Shown piece by piece: positions 20,837-29,557 of a DNA stretch of 64,000 bases. The notes under the pieces are model-generated. The model was not told where the DNA came from and searched no databases. It saw only the letters and a list, made by a program, of their open reading frames with translations. Each line of letters opens with the position of its first letter. Positions within the stretch are counted from its first letter, which is position 1. The stretch is from an uncultured Candidatus Saccharibacteria bacterium. Its GTDB lineage: Bacteria; Patescibacteriota; Dojkabacteria; SC72. The stretch is from positions 32,231-96,230 of the forward strand of contig CAZZPP010000002.1 of assembly GCA_964655705.1 (NCBI GenBank), given 5' to 3'. The position numbers and the translations under genes are program-made.

Positions 20837-21250
20837 CTATTCCTCAGATTGAGGAGTCATACTTTTGTAAATATCAGTTTCTTTTGCTCTTTCTAAAAGC
20901 TGTTGAGCATCAGGATCTCCTGCATTAGCTCTTTCTAATAGGGCTTTTGTATCTTGTACATTCTTTTCAAATGTATCTACTAAGTCTAGATACATATTAT
21001 TAATTTCAGTTGGTGCTTCATCTCCATATGTAGTAAATGCAATCTCTTTTATAATGGTTTCAAAATGTTCAGGAGATTTCGCCTCTTTTATTCTATTCTC
21101 AATTACTATCAATTCCTCATTACTTAGTTTTTCTGCTAAATCTTGGAACAGAAGGTCCAGAATCTGCTCAGAGAGAAGATTGTAAAAGTCTTCAGCTTCT
21201 TGTTGGGGTAGACCCACTTCGATTATTCTTTTGATTATCTCTTCTTTCAT
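20837..21250 (-). CDS. Hypothetical acidic helical protein
   Basis: 137-aa ORF co-oriented 22 bp downstream of the 716-aa gene. Confidence 0.65.
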   Translation of the reverse strand: MKEEIIKRIIEVGLPQQEAEDFYNLLSEQILDLLFQDLAEKLSNEELIVIENRIKEAKSPEHFETIIKEIAFTTYGDEAPTEINNMYLDLVDTFEKNVQDTKALLERANAGDPDAQQLLERAKETDIYKSMTPQSEE

Positions 21251-21272
21251 TTACTCTAAATATTAATATTAA

Positions 21273-23423
21273 CTATTTTTGTAGCATCTCTGCTGCTTTC
21301 TGTGCAGCCTGTGCTGGATTCATATTCCCATACGCTGCTCTTAGAAATTCATTTACAATATTCCCACTACTTTGTCCCATCAGTTTTTCCTTTGGAACTA
21401 ATTTTGCAAGTTCTCTAAAGAAGTCACCTTGTAACTCTCCACTTCCTCCTCCCGCATTAGTTAAATATACTTTGTCTCCAAGCCATCCCATATCATTGAA
21501 ATTCCATCCGAAATCAGATGCATTAAATGTTTCTTCAGGAATCCAATTCTCGATTGAAGGTTGATTTAATGTTGCTTCTAGACCTTGATTAAGGTTAACT
21601 TCTGGATTTGGGGTTACATCAGAAATGGGTTGTGTTGTTTCTGCACTTGCTTGAGAAAGAGTAGCTTCAGGACCAATTGGGACATTAGGAACTGGTTTGT
21701 TCATCCCAATATATATATCCTTTCCAATTATCCCTTCAAACAGAGTCCCTATACCATATCCTGTTGATCCTCCTATAAAAATGGCTCCTACTTCACCAAA
21801 CCTGTTTGCCCACCATTGAGTTCGTTTCTGTTTTTGGTCCATTTCAAATAGTTCGGCAGCTGTTTTCCCAGTTCTAGGTTCATATTTCATTGAGTTAGAT
21901 TTTGCTCTCATTTTGTCTCCTAGGGATTGGAATACATGTTTGCCTACGATTCTACCACCCAATGTAATAGCTACCGCTGCTGCTGCTGTTACTGCTGGTG
22001 TAGCCACTGCAACTCCAATGCCTGCTAATACTGCAACTCCTGTGATGTATTTCTCCTTCGTTTTCCTTTTTCTTTCACTTTCCTGAGTAGCAGTCTGTAT
22101 CTGTTTATCTATCGTTTCTTTTTGTTTTAATATATCAAAATATCTGATCTTTTGAGCATCGGTAAGGCCTCCAGAAGTAAGTTTCGATTCGAGAGCAACT
22201 AATTCGTTATTCAATGCAAGGGATCTTTGCTCAGGAGTATTTTCTCCAGAGAGTTCCCTTACCCTTTCTTGAAGATCTCGAATTGCTTCTGCATCACTTG
22301 ATACAGGATTTGGCATTGGAGTAGATTCAGGGGTAGAAGTTGTAGTACTTGTTGATTGTCCACTATTATTTTCAGGAATAGATACTGACTCTACATCAAT
22401 GATTACTGGTTCTTGTGGTTGAACAGGTTCGTGGGTCTGTTCTGGTTGTGGAGTTAATATTTCATCAGGTTGAATGGGTTGTTCAGGTTGTTGTGTTGTA
22501 GACTCATTGGTTGTGAAATCAGAAGGTATGGGTTGGTCTACAGTAAAGTTAGTGGGTTCGGTGTCATGTTCCTCTTGAGTCGCTTCTGTTTCAGGTTCAG
22601 GAGGTTGTTCTACTGTAGAATCAGTAATATCTTGAGATTGTTCAGGTTGTGGTTGTGTTACTGACTCAGAGGAAGTTTTTTGGTTCTCCTGATCCTTATT
22701 TACTAGTTGTTGGAAAAAACCGATTTCTATCTTATTTCGCTCATTCATGAGGGTACTTAACTCAATCAATTGTTCTTCAGGGGATTTATTAGGATCTCTC
22801 TCTTCTAAATATTTTTGTATCCGAATATTTAAATTGACAAGTTCCGCCTTCTCCATTTCTTTTCTTGCACTCTCTATTTGATTTTGGGTAAAGTGTAAAC
22901 GAGCACCAGGTTGTTGACTACCAGTAAATTTCATATTTTCATCTCTAAAAGTAGCTCTGTCAGAGCCATGAGTGGCGTCATATATGACTTGTGCTCTAGT
23001 TTCTTCCATCTTTTGTTGTTCTGGAGTAAGAGATTCAATCTTTTCATCCTTATGTGTAGCTACGACAATACTTTCAGTTCTCTGTTCATTTGCTAATTTC
23101 TCGTAAATGGATCCCTCTAAAGGATTAAGTGTCTCATCATATTCACTTAAATCAATATCATTAGTAGTTGGCTCTTGGGGGGTTACCTTACCAGTAAGAG
23201 TATCCTTAACATCACCTTGAGAATTGATAATTAGGTCGTTATTTGAATTTGGTATTTCCCCACTAGAGACATCCTTAACATGACCTTGGGAGTTGATAAT
23301 TAGGTCGTTATTTGAATTTTGTATTTCGCCATTAGAAACATCCTTAACATCACCTTGAGAATTAATAGTAATGTTGTTATTGTTGTCATCTTGAACAATT
23401 TCACCGAATTCGTTAAAAGACAT
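21273..23423 (-). CDS. Large acidic/Pro-Gln-Thr-rich protein with N-terminal repeats and Gly/Ala-rich hydrophobic segments
   Basis: 716 aa; 23-aa repeats; QPEQ-rich linker; GVAVLAGIGVAVATPAVTAAAAVAITLGG and VGAIFIGGSTGYGIG. Confidence 0.75.
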   Translation of the reverse strand: MSFNEFGEIVQDDNNNNITINSQGDVKDVSNGEIQNSNNDLIINSQGHVKDVSSGEIPNSNNDLIINSQGDVKDTLTGKVTPQEPTTNDIDLSEYDETLNPLEGSIYEKLANEQRTESIVVATHKDEKIESLTPEQQKMEETRAQVIYDATHGSDRATFRDENMKFTGSQQPGARLHFTQNQIESARKEMEKAELVNLNIRIQKYLEERDPNKSPEEQLIELSTLMNERNKIEIGFFQQLVNKDQENQKTSSESVTQPQPEQSQDITDSTVEQPPEPETEATQEEHDTEPTNFTVDQPIPSDFTTNESTTQQPEQPIQPDEILTPQPEQTHEPVQPQEPVIIDVESVSIPENNSGQSTSTTTSTPESTPMPNPVSSDAEAIRDLQERVRELSGENTPEQRSLALNNELVALESKLTSGGLTDAQKIRYFDILKQKETIDKQIQTATQESERKRKTKEKYITGVAVLAGIGVAVATPAVTAAAAVAITLGGRIVGKHVFQSLGDKMRAKSNSMKYEPRTGKTAAELFEMDQKQKRTQWWANRFGEVGAIFIGGSTGYGIGTLFEGIIGKDIYIGMNKPVPNVPIGPEATLSQASAETTQPISDVTPNPEVNLNQGLEATLNQPSIENWIPEETFNASDFGWNFNDMGWLGDKVYLTNAGGGSGELQGDFFRELAKLVPKEKLMGQSSGNIVNEFLRAAYGNMNPAQAAQKAAEMLQK
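23195..23385 (-). repeat. 69-bp (23-aa) tandem repeat, ~2.7 copies
   Basis: ATCCTTAACAT recurs at 23202, 23271, 23340; NSQGDVKDVSNGEIQNSNNDLII unit. Confidence 0.9.
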
Positions 23424-23496
23424 TGTTTTAGGTACTAATATTATATCTTCCTAATGCCTATTCTTGGGAAATTATGATAGGCAGATTACTATTAAA

Positions 23497-23525
23497 AGGA
23501 TAATATTTTATACAATTAAAGTCAA
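23497..23525 (-). promoter_or_regulatory. sigma70-type promoter for the 716-aa gene
   Basis: TTGACT-17-TATCCT on minus strand; TGCCTAT/ATAGGCA hairpin in the 5' UTR. Confidence 0.55.
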
Positions 23526-23576
23526 GGAAAATTTTGGGATAGAAATATATATTTTTTTGATATACTATGTATTAAT

Positions 23577-26500
23577 ATGAAATTAAGAAAGAGTAAGAGA
23601 GTAAAGTTTGAACAAATATCAAAGTTCCTTGAAAGAAGATTCCCTGAAATACTCTTAATATTACTCTTACTATTAATATGTATACTCTCTATTCAACCAG
23701 GTAAATATCTATTATCTAATGATAACTACTCTCCTGAACTTAACCCTACCCTATCAGTATCAAGATACTTAGAATCTCCAGCATGGAGAGGGTACAGGGT
23801 ACTGGGTTTTGCATCTGAGAGTGAACAGGCAGATGTGTTTAGATCTTTGTTCTATGTAGTTTTCAACTTATTTCTTCCTTCTTGGTTAATTAGCCAACTC
23901 TTTTATTTTGTTTCATTAGTCGTTGGCTCAATATGTATAGCGACATTACTTAGAGCCTTAGTTAAGAAGAGTAAATTAAAGAGATATTCAAACTGGGGTT
24001 ATCTATTAGGTGGTATTACATATTTTACTACACTTTGGAGTATGTGGCTCTTTTACCAGAACATGGCTCCATATATTGTTAATTTCGGATTTCTCCCACT
24101 ACTCTTGCTTTTTGTATATCGGTACTCTCGACAGGATAATGCAAAATATTTAATACTAATTTTGCTTTCCTGCATACTCTTAACTCCGACTTTTGTCATT
24201 GCGACCCTTTTCATTATTGATTTCATATTTATTTTCTCTTTTACAATATTTGTTAATTTTACATCTCGATATGGGAGAAGAAGAGAGATGAAAAACATAT
24301 TAATTACAATTGTGATTTTCTTGTTAACCCAATTATTCTGGATACTTCCTTTTATTCATTATACTTTTACAAATAGCTCGGACATTATCAATTCATATAC
24401 CAACAGGAGTATTACTTCTAATGTAATTGATTTGGAGAGTGATTCTCAGACCTTAATTAATTCAGCTAGGTTTTACAACAGGTCTCTTTTTGAGAAAGAC
24501 GGAGAGAGAGATCTCTTTGTTATGTCTGATTTGTATCTTACATATGATTTTTACAAGGTATTAGGTCTTTTTCCTGCTATATTTTCAATTATTGCTTTGA
24601 TATTTGGGTTAACTAAAAAGAACTTTAAATTACTCTTTTGGGGTGTAATTGGTCTTGTATCCCTTTTTTTAATTAAAGTACACAATCCCCCCTTTGGAGA
24701 AGTATTTAGATGGTTACAAGAGAGTGTTCCTCTCTTTAAGCAGGTTTTTAGATGGCCATTTTCTAAATTAGGACAAATATATCTAATCTGTATTACAGTT
24801 CTTTCTACTTTTGGGTATATATATTTAACAAGATTCTTTGCTTCATTCATAGAGAAGAAATTCTTGAAGAGAACCTTTATACTGGTTAGTTTTGTATCAA
24901 TGTGTATTATGCAATTAATATATTCTGAGTATATGTTTAGAGGAGATACCTTTGCAGACAGGGCAATGGTTGATGTCCCGAAGAGATATTTTGAATTGAA
25001 TGAATATCTCAAAGAAAATGACCCTACAGGTAGGATATATTACGCTCCTCCATCGAATAATAATTACTTTAGAGAGTATGAATGGGGATTTTGGGGTTCC
25101 CAATTCATCTCATATATTCTTCCAAACCCTGTAATGGATATTTCTTCTGCAGTAGGATCAGATGTCGGCGAGGATGCTATGCTTAGGATATCTAATGTAG
25201 TTCGTTCAGAAAAGAAGGACGAGTTCCTTTCATTAATGAATAGATATGATGTTAGGTACGTTCTTTTTGATGGGAGTATTGATATGGAGGGATATGCTTT
25301 TGAATTAGAGGAAGAGAAGGTAAAGGAATTGTTTGCAGATTTGGAGGTTGTTTGGTCAAAAGAGGATTTAGTGCTTTACAAAATTCCACTTACTCAAGAG
25401 GCTAAATATTCTGAATCATTATCAGAAATGGATTCTAAAGAGGTTTTTGTTAAAGATATCCCAAGATACCCTACCCTCTCTCCTTTGGATATGCAGTTAG
25501 ACAATGTAAGAATTTCGGATGGTGAAATAGTGGGAGATTTCGAGTATAGAGGGTTTAGTACATATATGTATTCAAACTTACTACCTGAATCATTAAATAG
25601 TTTACCCTCAAGGGTAATCTATTCTAATGGTAATATATTTGTCTATCCATCCTACCCGTATGTTAAGGGTGATATTTCAGTAAAACCATTTAAGCAGTAC
25701 GATGGTAGTTATGAGTATTTCTCTTTAGGCCAAAGAGTAGTAAGAAAGGATGAACTAAAAGGGGGCATTACGGTTCAAGAGGAGTTTAATGCCAAGAATT
25801 CAGTATATGGTTTTTCTGAGAGGGACTTTGTATCTGTAGATATGAATCCCCTTCTGTTTCTTACTAAAGGGAGTGATTGCTCGGGAGGAAATGTAATTGA
25901 AAACACTTTTGTTGAACCACAGGAAGTGTCCTCAGGATTCAATTTAAGAGGTAGTTCTGATTCTCCTTGTGTATATACTGGAATCCCCATAGATACGTCT
26001 AGAGGAGGAATTTTGGAAATTAGGATAAATTGGGAAGCAGATATGGGTAACTTCCCCGGGTTCTGTATATTTTCAAATACGCAGAACAAATGTCTCAACA
26101 AGGAGAAATTTCTCTCTTCTCAAAGTCCGTATGGAGATGTAGAGTACCTTTTAGATACACTTTTACAACCAGATGAGAGAGTGTCTCTCATATTGTATGC
26201 TTCAAACAAATCAAATGACAGTATATCAGAGGTATTGTTTAGGAGTGTAAATATTAAATTTGCCCCTCTTAAGACACCATTACAGTTAGTGTCCTCTTCA
26301 GATATATGGGAACCAAAGGATATTTTTCTAGATGATGGGAATATATATACAGTACATATCCCAATTGTCCTTGGTAATGCGGGATATCTCTACCAAGGAT
26401 TGGATTCACAATATTTAATATGGCAGCCAAACAGATCGGATTCTCAAAGTGAGATTTTTGATGTTTATGCTAATGATGGTCAATATCAAATAGTTCAAGA

Positions 26501-27194
26501 TGATTACATTAATCAAACAGCCAATCTTTTCATTACTAACCCTAATTCTAAGTATCTAGTGTATTGGAAAGGAGTGAATATATCCAATATTCCTTCCTCC
26601 ATATGCCTAATCTATGACAAAGAAGAGAAATGTTGGTTTAGTGATATGTTACTTAGTGATACTACCTCCTCGTACCTTAATGTCATAAATGTCAAAAATA
26701 CAGAGAGACTCTTAAATGTAATATATTCTAGTAATAGCCATAAACTAATAAGCCAGAATGTATTGAAAGAATTTCTACTAATGCAATTCCCATCCTCCTG
26801 GAAAAATCTAGAGTATATCCAAGAAACAGATAGTGAGTTTGAACAAAAAGAGATGAAGTCAGTTTTTAACTCCTTTAATTCAACATATTACAAAATACAA
26901 AGGGAGGATTTAGCAGATACAGACAATGTCATAATCTCAATACCCCAAGCTTCTAGTACAGGATGGGTAGCAATTGCTAGAAATGGTTTCTGGTTGTCTA
27001 CTTTAGGAAATGATACTCGTGTAAGTATAAAGGGGTGGAAGCAAGGCTGGGATATATCAAATGTTGAGTTTGATTCAATTTCTGTCCTCTATTGGCCTAA
27101 TCTACTCTCATACCTTGGATATATTTTAATATTATTAACAGGTACATACTTATCAATTAAGTTCATACAGGAAAGAAAAAATGGAAAAAAGTAA
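23577..27194 (+). CDS. Large GT-C-like integral membrane glycosyltransferase (AftD/YfhO-like architecture)
   Basis: ~12 N-terminal TMs, FRWPFSK, large extracytoplasmic region, C-terminal GWKQGW plus TM; coupled to a GT2 gene. Confidence 0.6.
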   Translation: MKLRKSKRVKFEQISKFLERRFPEILLILLLLLICILSIQPGKYLLSNDNYSPELNPTLSVSRYLESPAWRGYRVLGFASESEQADVFRSLFYVVFNLFLPSWLISQLFYFVSLVVGSICIATLLRALVKKSKLKRYSNWGYLLGGITYFTTLWSMWLFYQNMAPYIVNFGFLPLLLLFVYRYSRQDNAKYLILILLSCILLTPTFVIATLFIIDFIFIFSFTIFVNFTSRYGRRREMKNILITIVIFLLTQLFWILPFIHYTFTNSSDIINSYTNRSITSNVIDLESDSQTLINSARFYNRSLFEKDGERDLFVMSDLYLTYDFYKVLGLFPAIFSIIALIFGLTKKNFKLLFWGVIGLVSLFLIKVHNPPFGEVFRWLQESVPLFKQVFRWPFSKLGQIYLICITVLSTFGYIYLTRFFASFIEKKFLKRTFILVSFVSMCIMQLIYSEYMFRGDTFADRAMVDVPKRYFELNEYLKENDPTGRIYYAPPSNNNYFREYEWGFWGSQFISYILPNPVMDISSAVGSDVGEDAMLRISNVVRSEKKDEFLSLMNRYDVRYVLFDGSIDMEGYAFELEEEKVKELFADLEVVWSKEDLVLYKIPLTQEAKYSESLSEMDSKEVFVKDIPRYPTLSPLDMQLDNVRISDGEIVGDFEYRGFSTYMYSNLLPESLNSLPSRVIYSNGNIFVYPSYPYVKGDISVKPFKQYDGSYEYFSLGQRVVRKDELKGGITVQEEFNAKNSVYGFSERDFVSVDMNPLLFLTKGSDCSGGNVIENTFVEPQEVSSGFNLRGSSDSPCVYTGIPIDTSRGGILEIRINWEADMGNFPGFCIFSNTQNKCLNKEKFLSSQSPYGDVEYLLDTLLQPDERVSLILYASNKSNDSISEVLFRSVNIKFAPLKTPLQLVSSSDIWEPKDIFLDDGNIYTVHIPIVLGNAGYLYQGLDSQYLIWQPNRSDSQSEIFDVYANDGQYQIVQDDYINQTANLFITNPNSKYLVYWKGVNISNIPSSICLIYDKEEKCWFSDMLLSDTTSSYLNVINVKNTERLLNVIYSSNSHKLISQNVLKEFLLMQFPSSWKNLEYIQETDSEFEQKEMKSVFNSFNSTYYKIQREDLADTDNVIISIPQASSTGWVAIARNGFWLSTLGNDTRVSIKGWKQGWDISNVEFDSISVLYWPNLLSYLGYILILLTGTYLSIKFIQERKNGKK

Positions 27195-28008
27195 TCCTTT
27201 GGTATCAATAGTTATACCTGTACATAATGGAGAAAAATATATTAATGAAAGTATAGATAGTTGTTTAGATCAGACATACAAGAATATTGAGATTATTGTT
27301 GTAGATGATAAGTCAGAGGACAGGACTTTAGAGATATTAAAGGGGTACAAGGATAGAATTAAGGTAATACCTGTTGAAAAACAGAATGGTTTAGGTAATG
27401 TAATAAATATTGGGATAAGAAACTCTAAGGGCAAATACATAGCTAGAATGGATGCAGATGATGTTATGTATCCTACTCGTATAGAGAAACAGATAGAGTA
27501 TTTAGAGTCTAATCCTAATTGTGTAGCTATTGGTGGTCAGATAGATATTATTGATGAGATTAGTAAAGTAACTGGTCATAGAGAGTACGCTATTGAGGAT
27601 AGAGATATTAAAAAGAATAGATTTCTTTTTCAACCTTTTGCACATCCAGCAGTAACTTTAAGAAAAAGTACTGTAGAAGATATTGGTTTGTATCCTGAGA
27701 ATATGTGGAAGGTTGAGGATGTTAAATTTTTCTTAATTCTAAGTACTAAGGGGGAGTATCATAATCTTGAGGATACTGTACTTAAGTATAGGATGACTTT
27801 TAAAACAGAGAGTCAATCTAAGATGTTAGATCATTTTAAAAAAACTAATGAGATACGCAAATGGGCTATTAAGGAGTTAAATATTAAACCTACTGTTAGA
27901 GAGTATGTAATATGGAATATGCAAAAGATAGGTGTTAGGGTTTTAAGTATTCTTCCTTCTACTCTTTTTATGAAGTCATTTGAATTGTTTAGAAAACTGT
28001 TTAAGTAA
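27181..28008 (+). CDS. Glycosyltransferase family 2
   Basis: VSIVIPVHN, VVDDKSED, RMDADD, VED. Confidence 0.92.
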   Translation: MEKSNPLVSIVIPVHNGEKYINESIDSCLDQTYKNIEIIVVDDKSEDRTLEILKGYKDRIKVIPVEKQNGLGNVINIGIRNSKGKYIARMDADDVMYPTRIEKQIEYLESNPNCVAIGGQIDIIDEISKVTGHREYAIEDRDIKKNRFLFQPFAHPAVTLRKSTVEDIGLYPENMWKVEDVKFFLILSTKGEYHNLEDTVLKYRMTFKTESQSKMLDHFKKTNEIRKWAIKELNIKPTVREYVIWNMQKIGVRVLSILPSTLFMKSFELFRKLFK

Positions 28009-28035
28009 AAAAAGAGGACATCCTAAGATGTCCTC
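28007..28035 (-). terminator. Intrinsic terminator closing the cassette transcript
   Basis: GAGGACATC-4nt-GATGTCCTC 9-bp stem followed by U7 on minus strand. Confidence 0.85.
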
Positions 28036-28050
28036 AATGTAATATTTTTT

Positions 28051-28134
28051 GTCTTTTCGTCTTTAATATTTTTCAATATTTTTAGACTCATCAGTAGGAT
28101 ATATATTTTTAATAAATATTTAATCCTAGAAGAC
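28051..28134 (-). ncRNA. Type III hammerhead ribozyme, copy A
   Basis: GUCUUC^UAGGAU..AUCCUA CUGAUGA GUCU aaa AAUAUU-GAAA-AAUAUU aa AGAC GAAA AGAC; full core, three stems; cut after UUC at 28129|28128. Confidence 0.92.
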
Positions 28135-28208
28135 TCTAGCGTGTGATGATTGTTTTTTGGGGTTTTTTAATGATCGAAGTCAGAAAAAAGGATTATCCCA
28201 GAAAACGG

Positions 28209-28262
28209 CTAGAGTTTATTTTGTTTTAGGAAGTAATTATTCCTAATTTCTTTTATTTTCAT
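28209..28262 (-). CDS. 17-aa mini-ORF MKIKEIRNNYFLKQNKL in the cargo slot of cassette A
   Basis: AGGAGG then ATG at the same position as the lipoprotein start in cassette B; TAG lies in the conserved CTCTAGC. Confidence 0.45.
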   Translation of the reverse strand: MKIKEIRNNYFLKQNKL

Positions 28263-28504
28263 TTCTTCCTCCTTTTAAAAGGAACATAATTTTTATTTTC
28301 AGCAATACCACTTGGTATGCATTCTATCTCCAATAAATATATTAGAAACATAATGCATACTATTTGGATGCTTAAAAGAAGAAAAATACTTTAGTATTTC
28401 ATCACACACTATTTTGTTTTAAATATATAAGACATAAGTCTATATAATATACTTAAAAACTTTTAAAAGAACTTGCTAGAATAAAAATTCAATGTAATAT
28501 TTTT

Positions 28505-28585
28505 GTCTTTTCGTCCTTAATATTTTTCAATATCTTTAGACTCATCAGTAGGATATATATTTATTAGATATTAATCCTAGAAGAC
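28505..28585 (-). ncRNA. Type III hammerhead ribozyme, copy B
   Basis: GUCUUC^UAGGAU..AUCCUA CUGAUGA GUCU aaa GAUAUU-GAAA-AAUAUU aa GGAC GAAA AGAC; stem II differences from copy A are A-U to G-U; cut at 28580|28579. Confidence 0.92.
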
Positions 28586-28676
28586 TCTAGCGTGTGATGA
28601 TTGGTTTTTGGGGTTTTTTAACAACAATTAAGTGTTAAAAAGATAATCCCAGCAACCGGCTAGAGTCGATTTGAAA

Positions 28677-29138
28677 TTACTTGTAAACAGGCTTGTAGCC
28701 GGGGTCCGTGGTGAAAGGCTGTGCAGCAATGCATTCAAGAAATCGAGCTTCTTGATATTGGTACACATATGCACCTGCTGTATACTCCATAGGAGTCCCT
28801 TTTACAACATAGACATCGCCGGGATTTAATCCTTTTGGATCATAGACATAGTTGATTGTACAAAAAGTACAACTACCATCTTCCTTTACAGGAATCCCTA
28901 CGATTTCAGCCTGACACCAGCCAGTATTAACTTCTCCTGGAGCTGGTTCAACTGTGGTTACAGTTTGTTCACATGTAGGACACTCTTGGCATGGAGCAAT
29001 TTGGCATCCATCTGAAGCCATCAATCCTCCAATGTCGTAGCAAGCTGCGACATAGTCCTCTGAGAAATCCTTCTTCGCCAAGCAACATGCGCTTAAGCAA
29101 AGGGCCAATACGACAAACAAAACGACAATCTTATTCAT
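28677..29138 (-). CDS. Cys-rich predicted lipoprotein (cargo of cassette B), 153 aa
   Basis: AGGAGG before ATG 29138; MNKIVVLFVVLALCLSA|C lipobox; 12 Cys; visibly more GC-rich than flanks. Confidence 0.85.
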   Translation of the reverse strand: MNKIVVLFVVLALCLSACCLAKKDFSEDYVAACYDIGGLMASDGCQIAPCQECPTCEQTVTTVEPAPGEVNTGWCQAEIVGIPVKEDGSCTFCTINYVYDPKGLNPGDVYVVKGTPMEYTAGAYVYQYQEARFLECIAAQPFTTDPGYKPVYK

Positions 29139-29466
29139 TTTTCCTCCTTTAAGGAAATAAAAATCATTTATTTTCAGCAATACCATTTGGTATGCATTCT
29201 ATCTCCAATAAATATATTAGAAATATAATGCATACCACTTGGATGCTAAAGGAAGAAATAGACTCTACTTATTCATCACACGCTATTTTGTTTTAAATAT
29301 ATAAGACATAAGTCTATATAATATACTTAAAACTTTTTAAAGAACTTAGAGTTCATAAGAACTCATAAAAGATATTTAAAGAGAATATCTCTCTATGAAT
29401 ACTTATGTGTATTTGAATGAAAATTTATTATTAAAGAGCAGACTTTATTAACAATTAACTACTTAT

Positions 29467-29495
29467 ATTATACTATAGGTTGGAATAAATATCAA
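29467..29495 (-). promoter_or_regulatory. sigma70 promoter P2 of cassette unit
   Basis: TTGATA-17-TATAAT. Confidence 0.75.
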
Positions 29496-29557
29496 TACTT
29501 GAAATAGGTTAGGTCAGGTTTATTTCTTAATGAGCAATTAATTATTAAGATACATAT

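Larger units (their letters stand above)
28034..28474 (-). repeat. Cassette A (leader 28474-28263, mini-ORF, trailer plus hammerhead 28215-28034)
   Basis: 28034-28215 aligns by eye with 28489-28666, and 28260-28474 with 29136-29347; only the middle differs. Confidence 0.92.
28489..29347 (-). repeat. Cassette B (leader 29347-29139, lipoprotein ORF, trailer plus hammerhead 28666-28489)
   Basis: Same flanks as cassette A; the two cassettes are separated by ~14 bp. Confidence 0.92.

Noticed and set aside
29139-29186. Longer start for the lipoprotein ORF
   Set aside because: Lies in the conserved non-coding leader; RBS and signal peptide fix the start at 29138.
28590-29285. Group II intron remnant (GUGUG in leader, AGCCG in trailer)
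   Set aside because: No domain V hairpin or domain VI/AY end; GUGUG is explained by the long-range pairing.
28034-29347. CRISPR array, integron attC cassettes or IS/MITE as explanation of the repeats
   Set aside because: Repeats are ~200 nt in two copies with no short repeat-spacer period, no GTTRRRY/RYYYAAC ends seen, no terminal inverted repeats with target duplication, and no cas, intI or transposase in the window.
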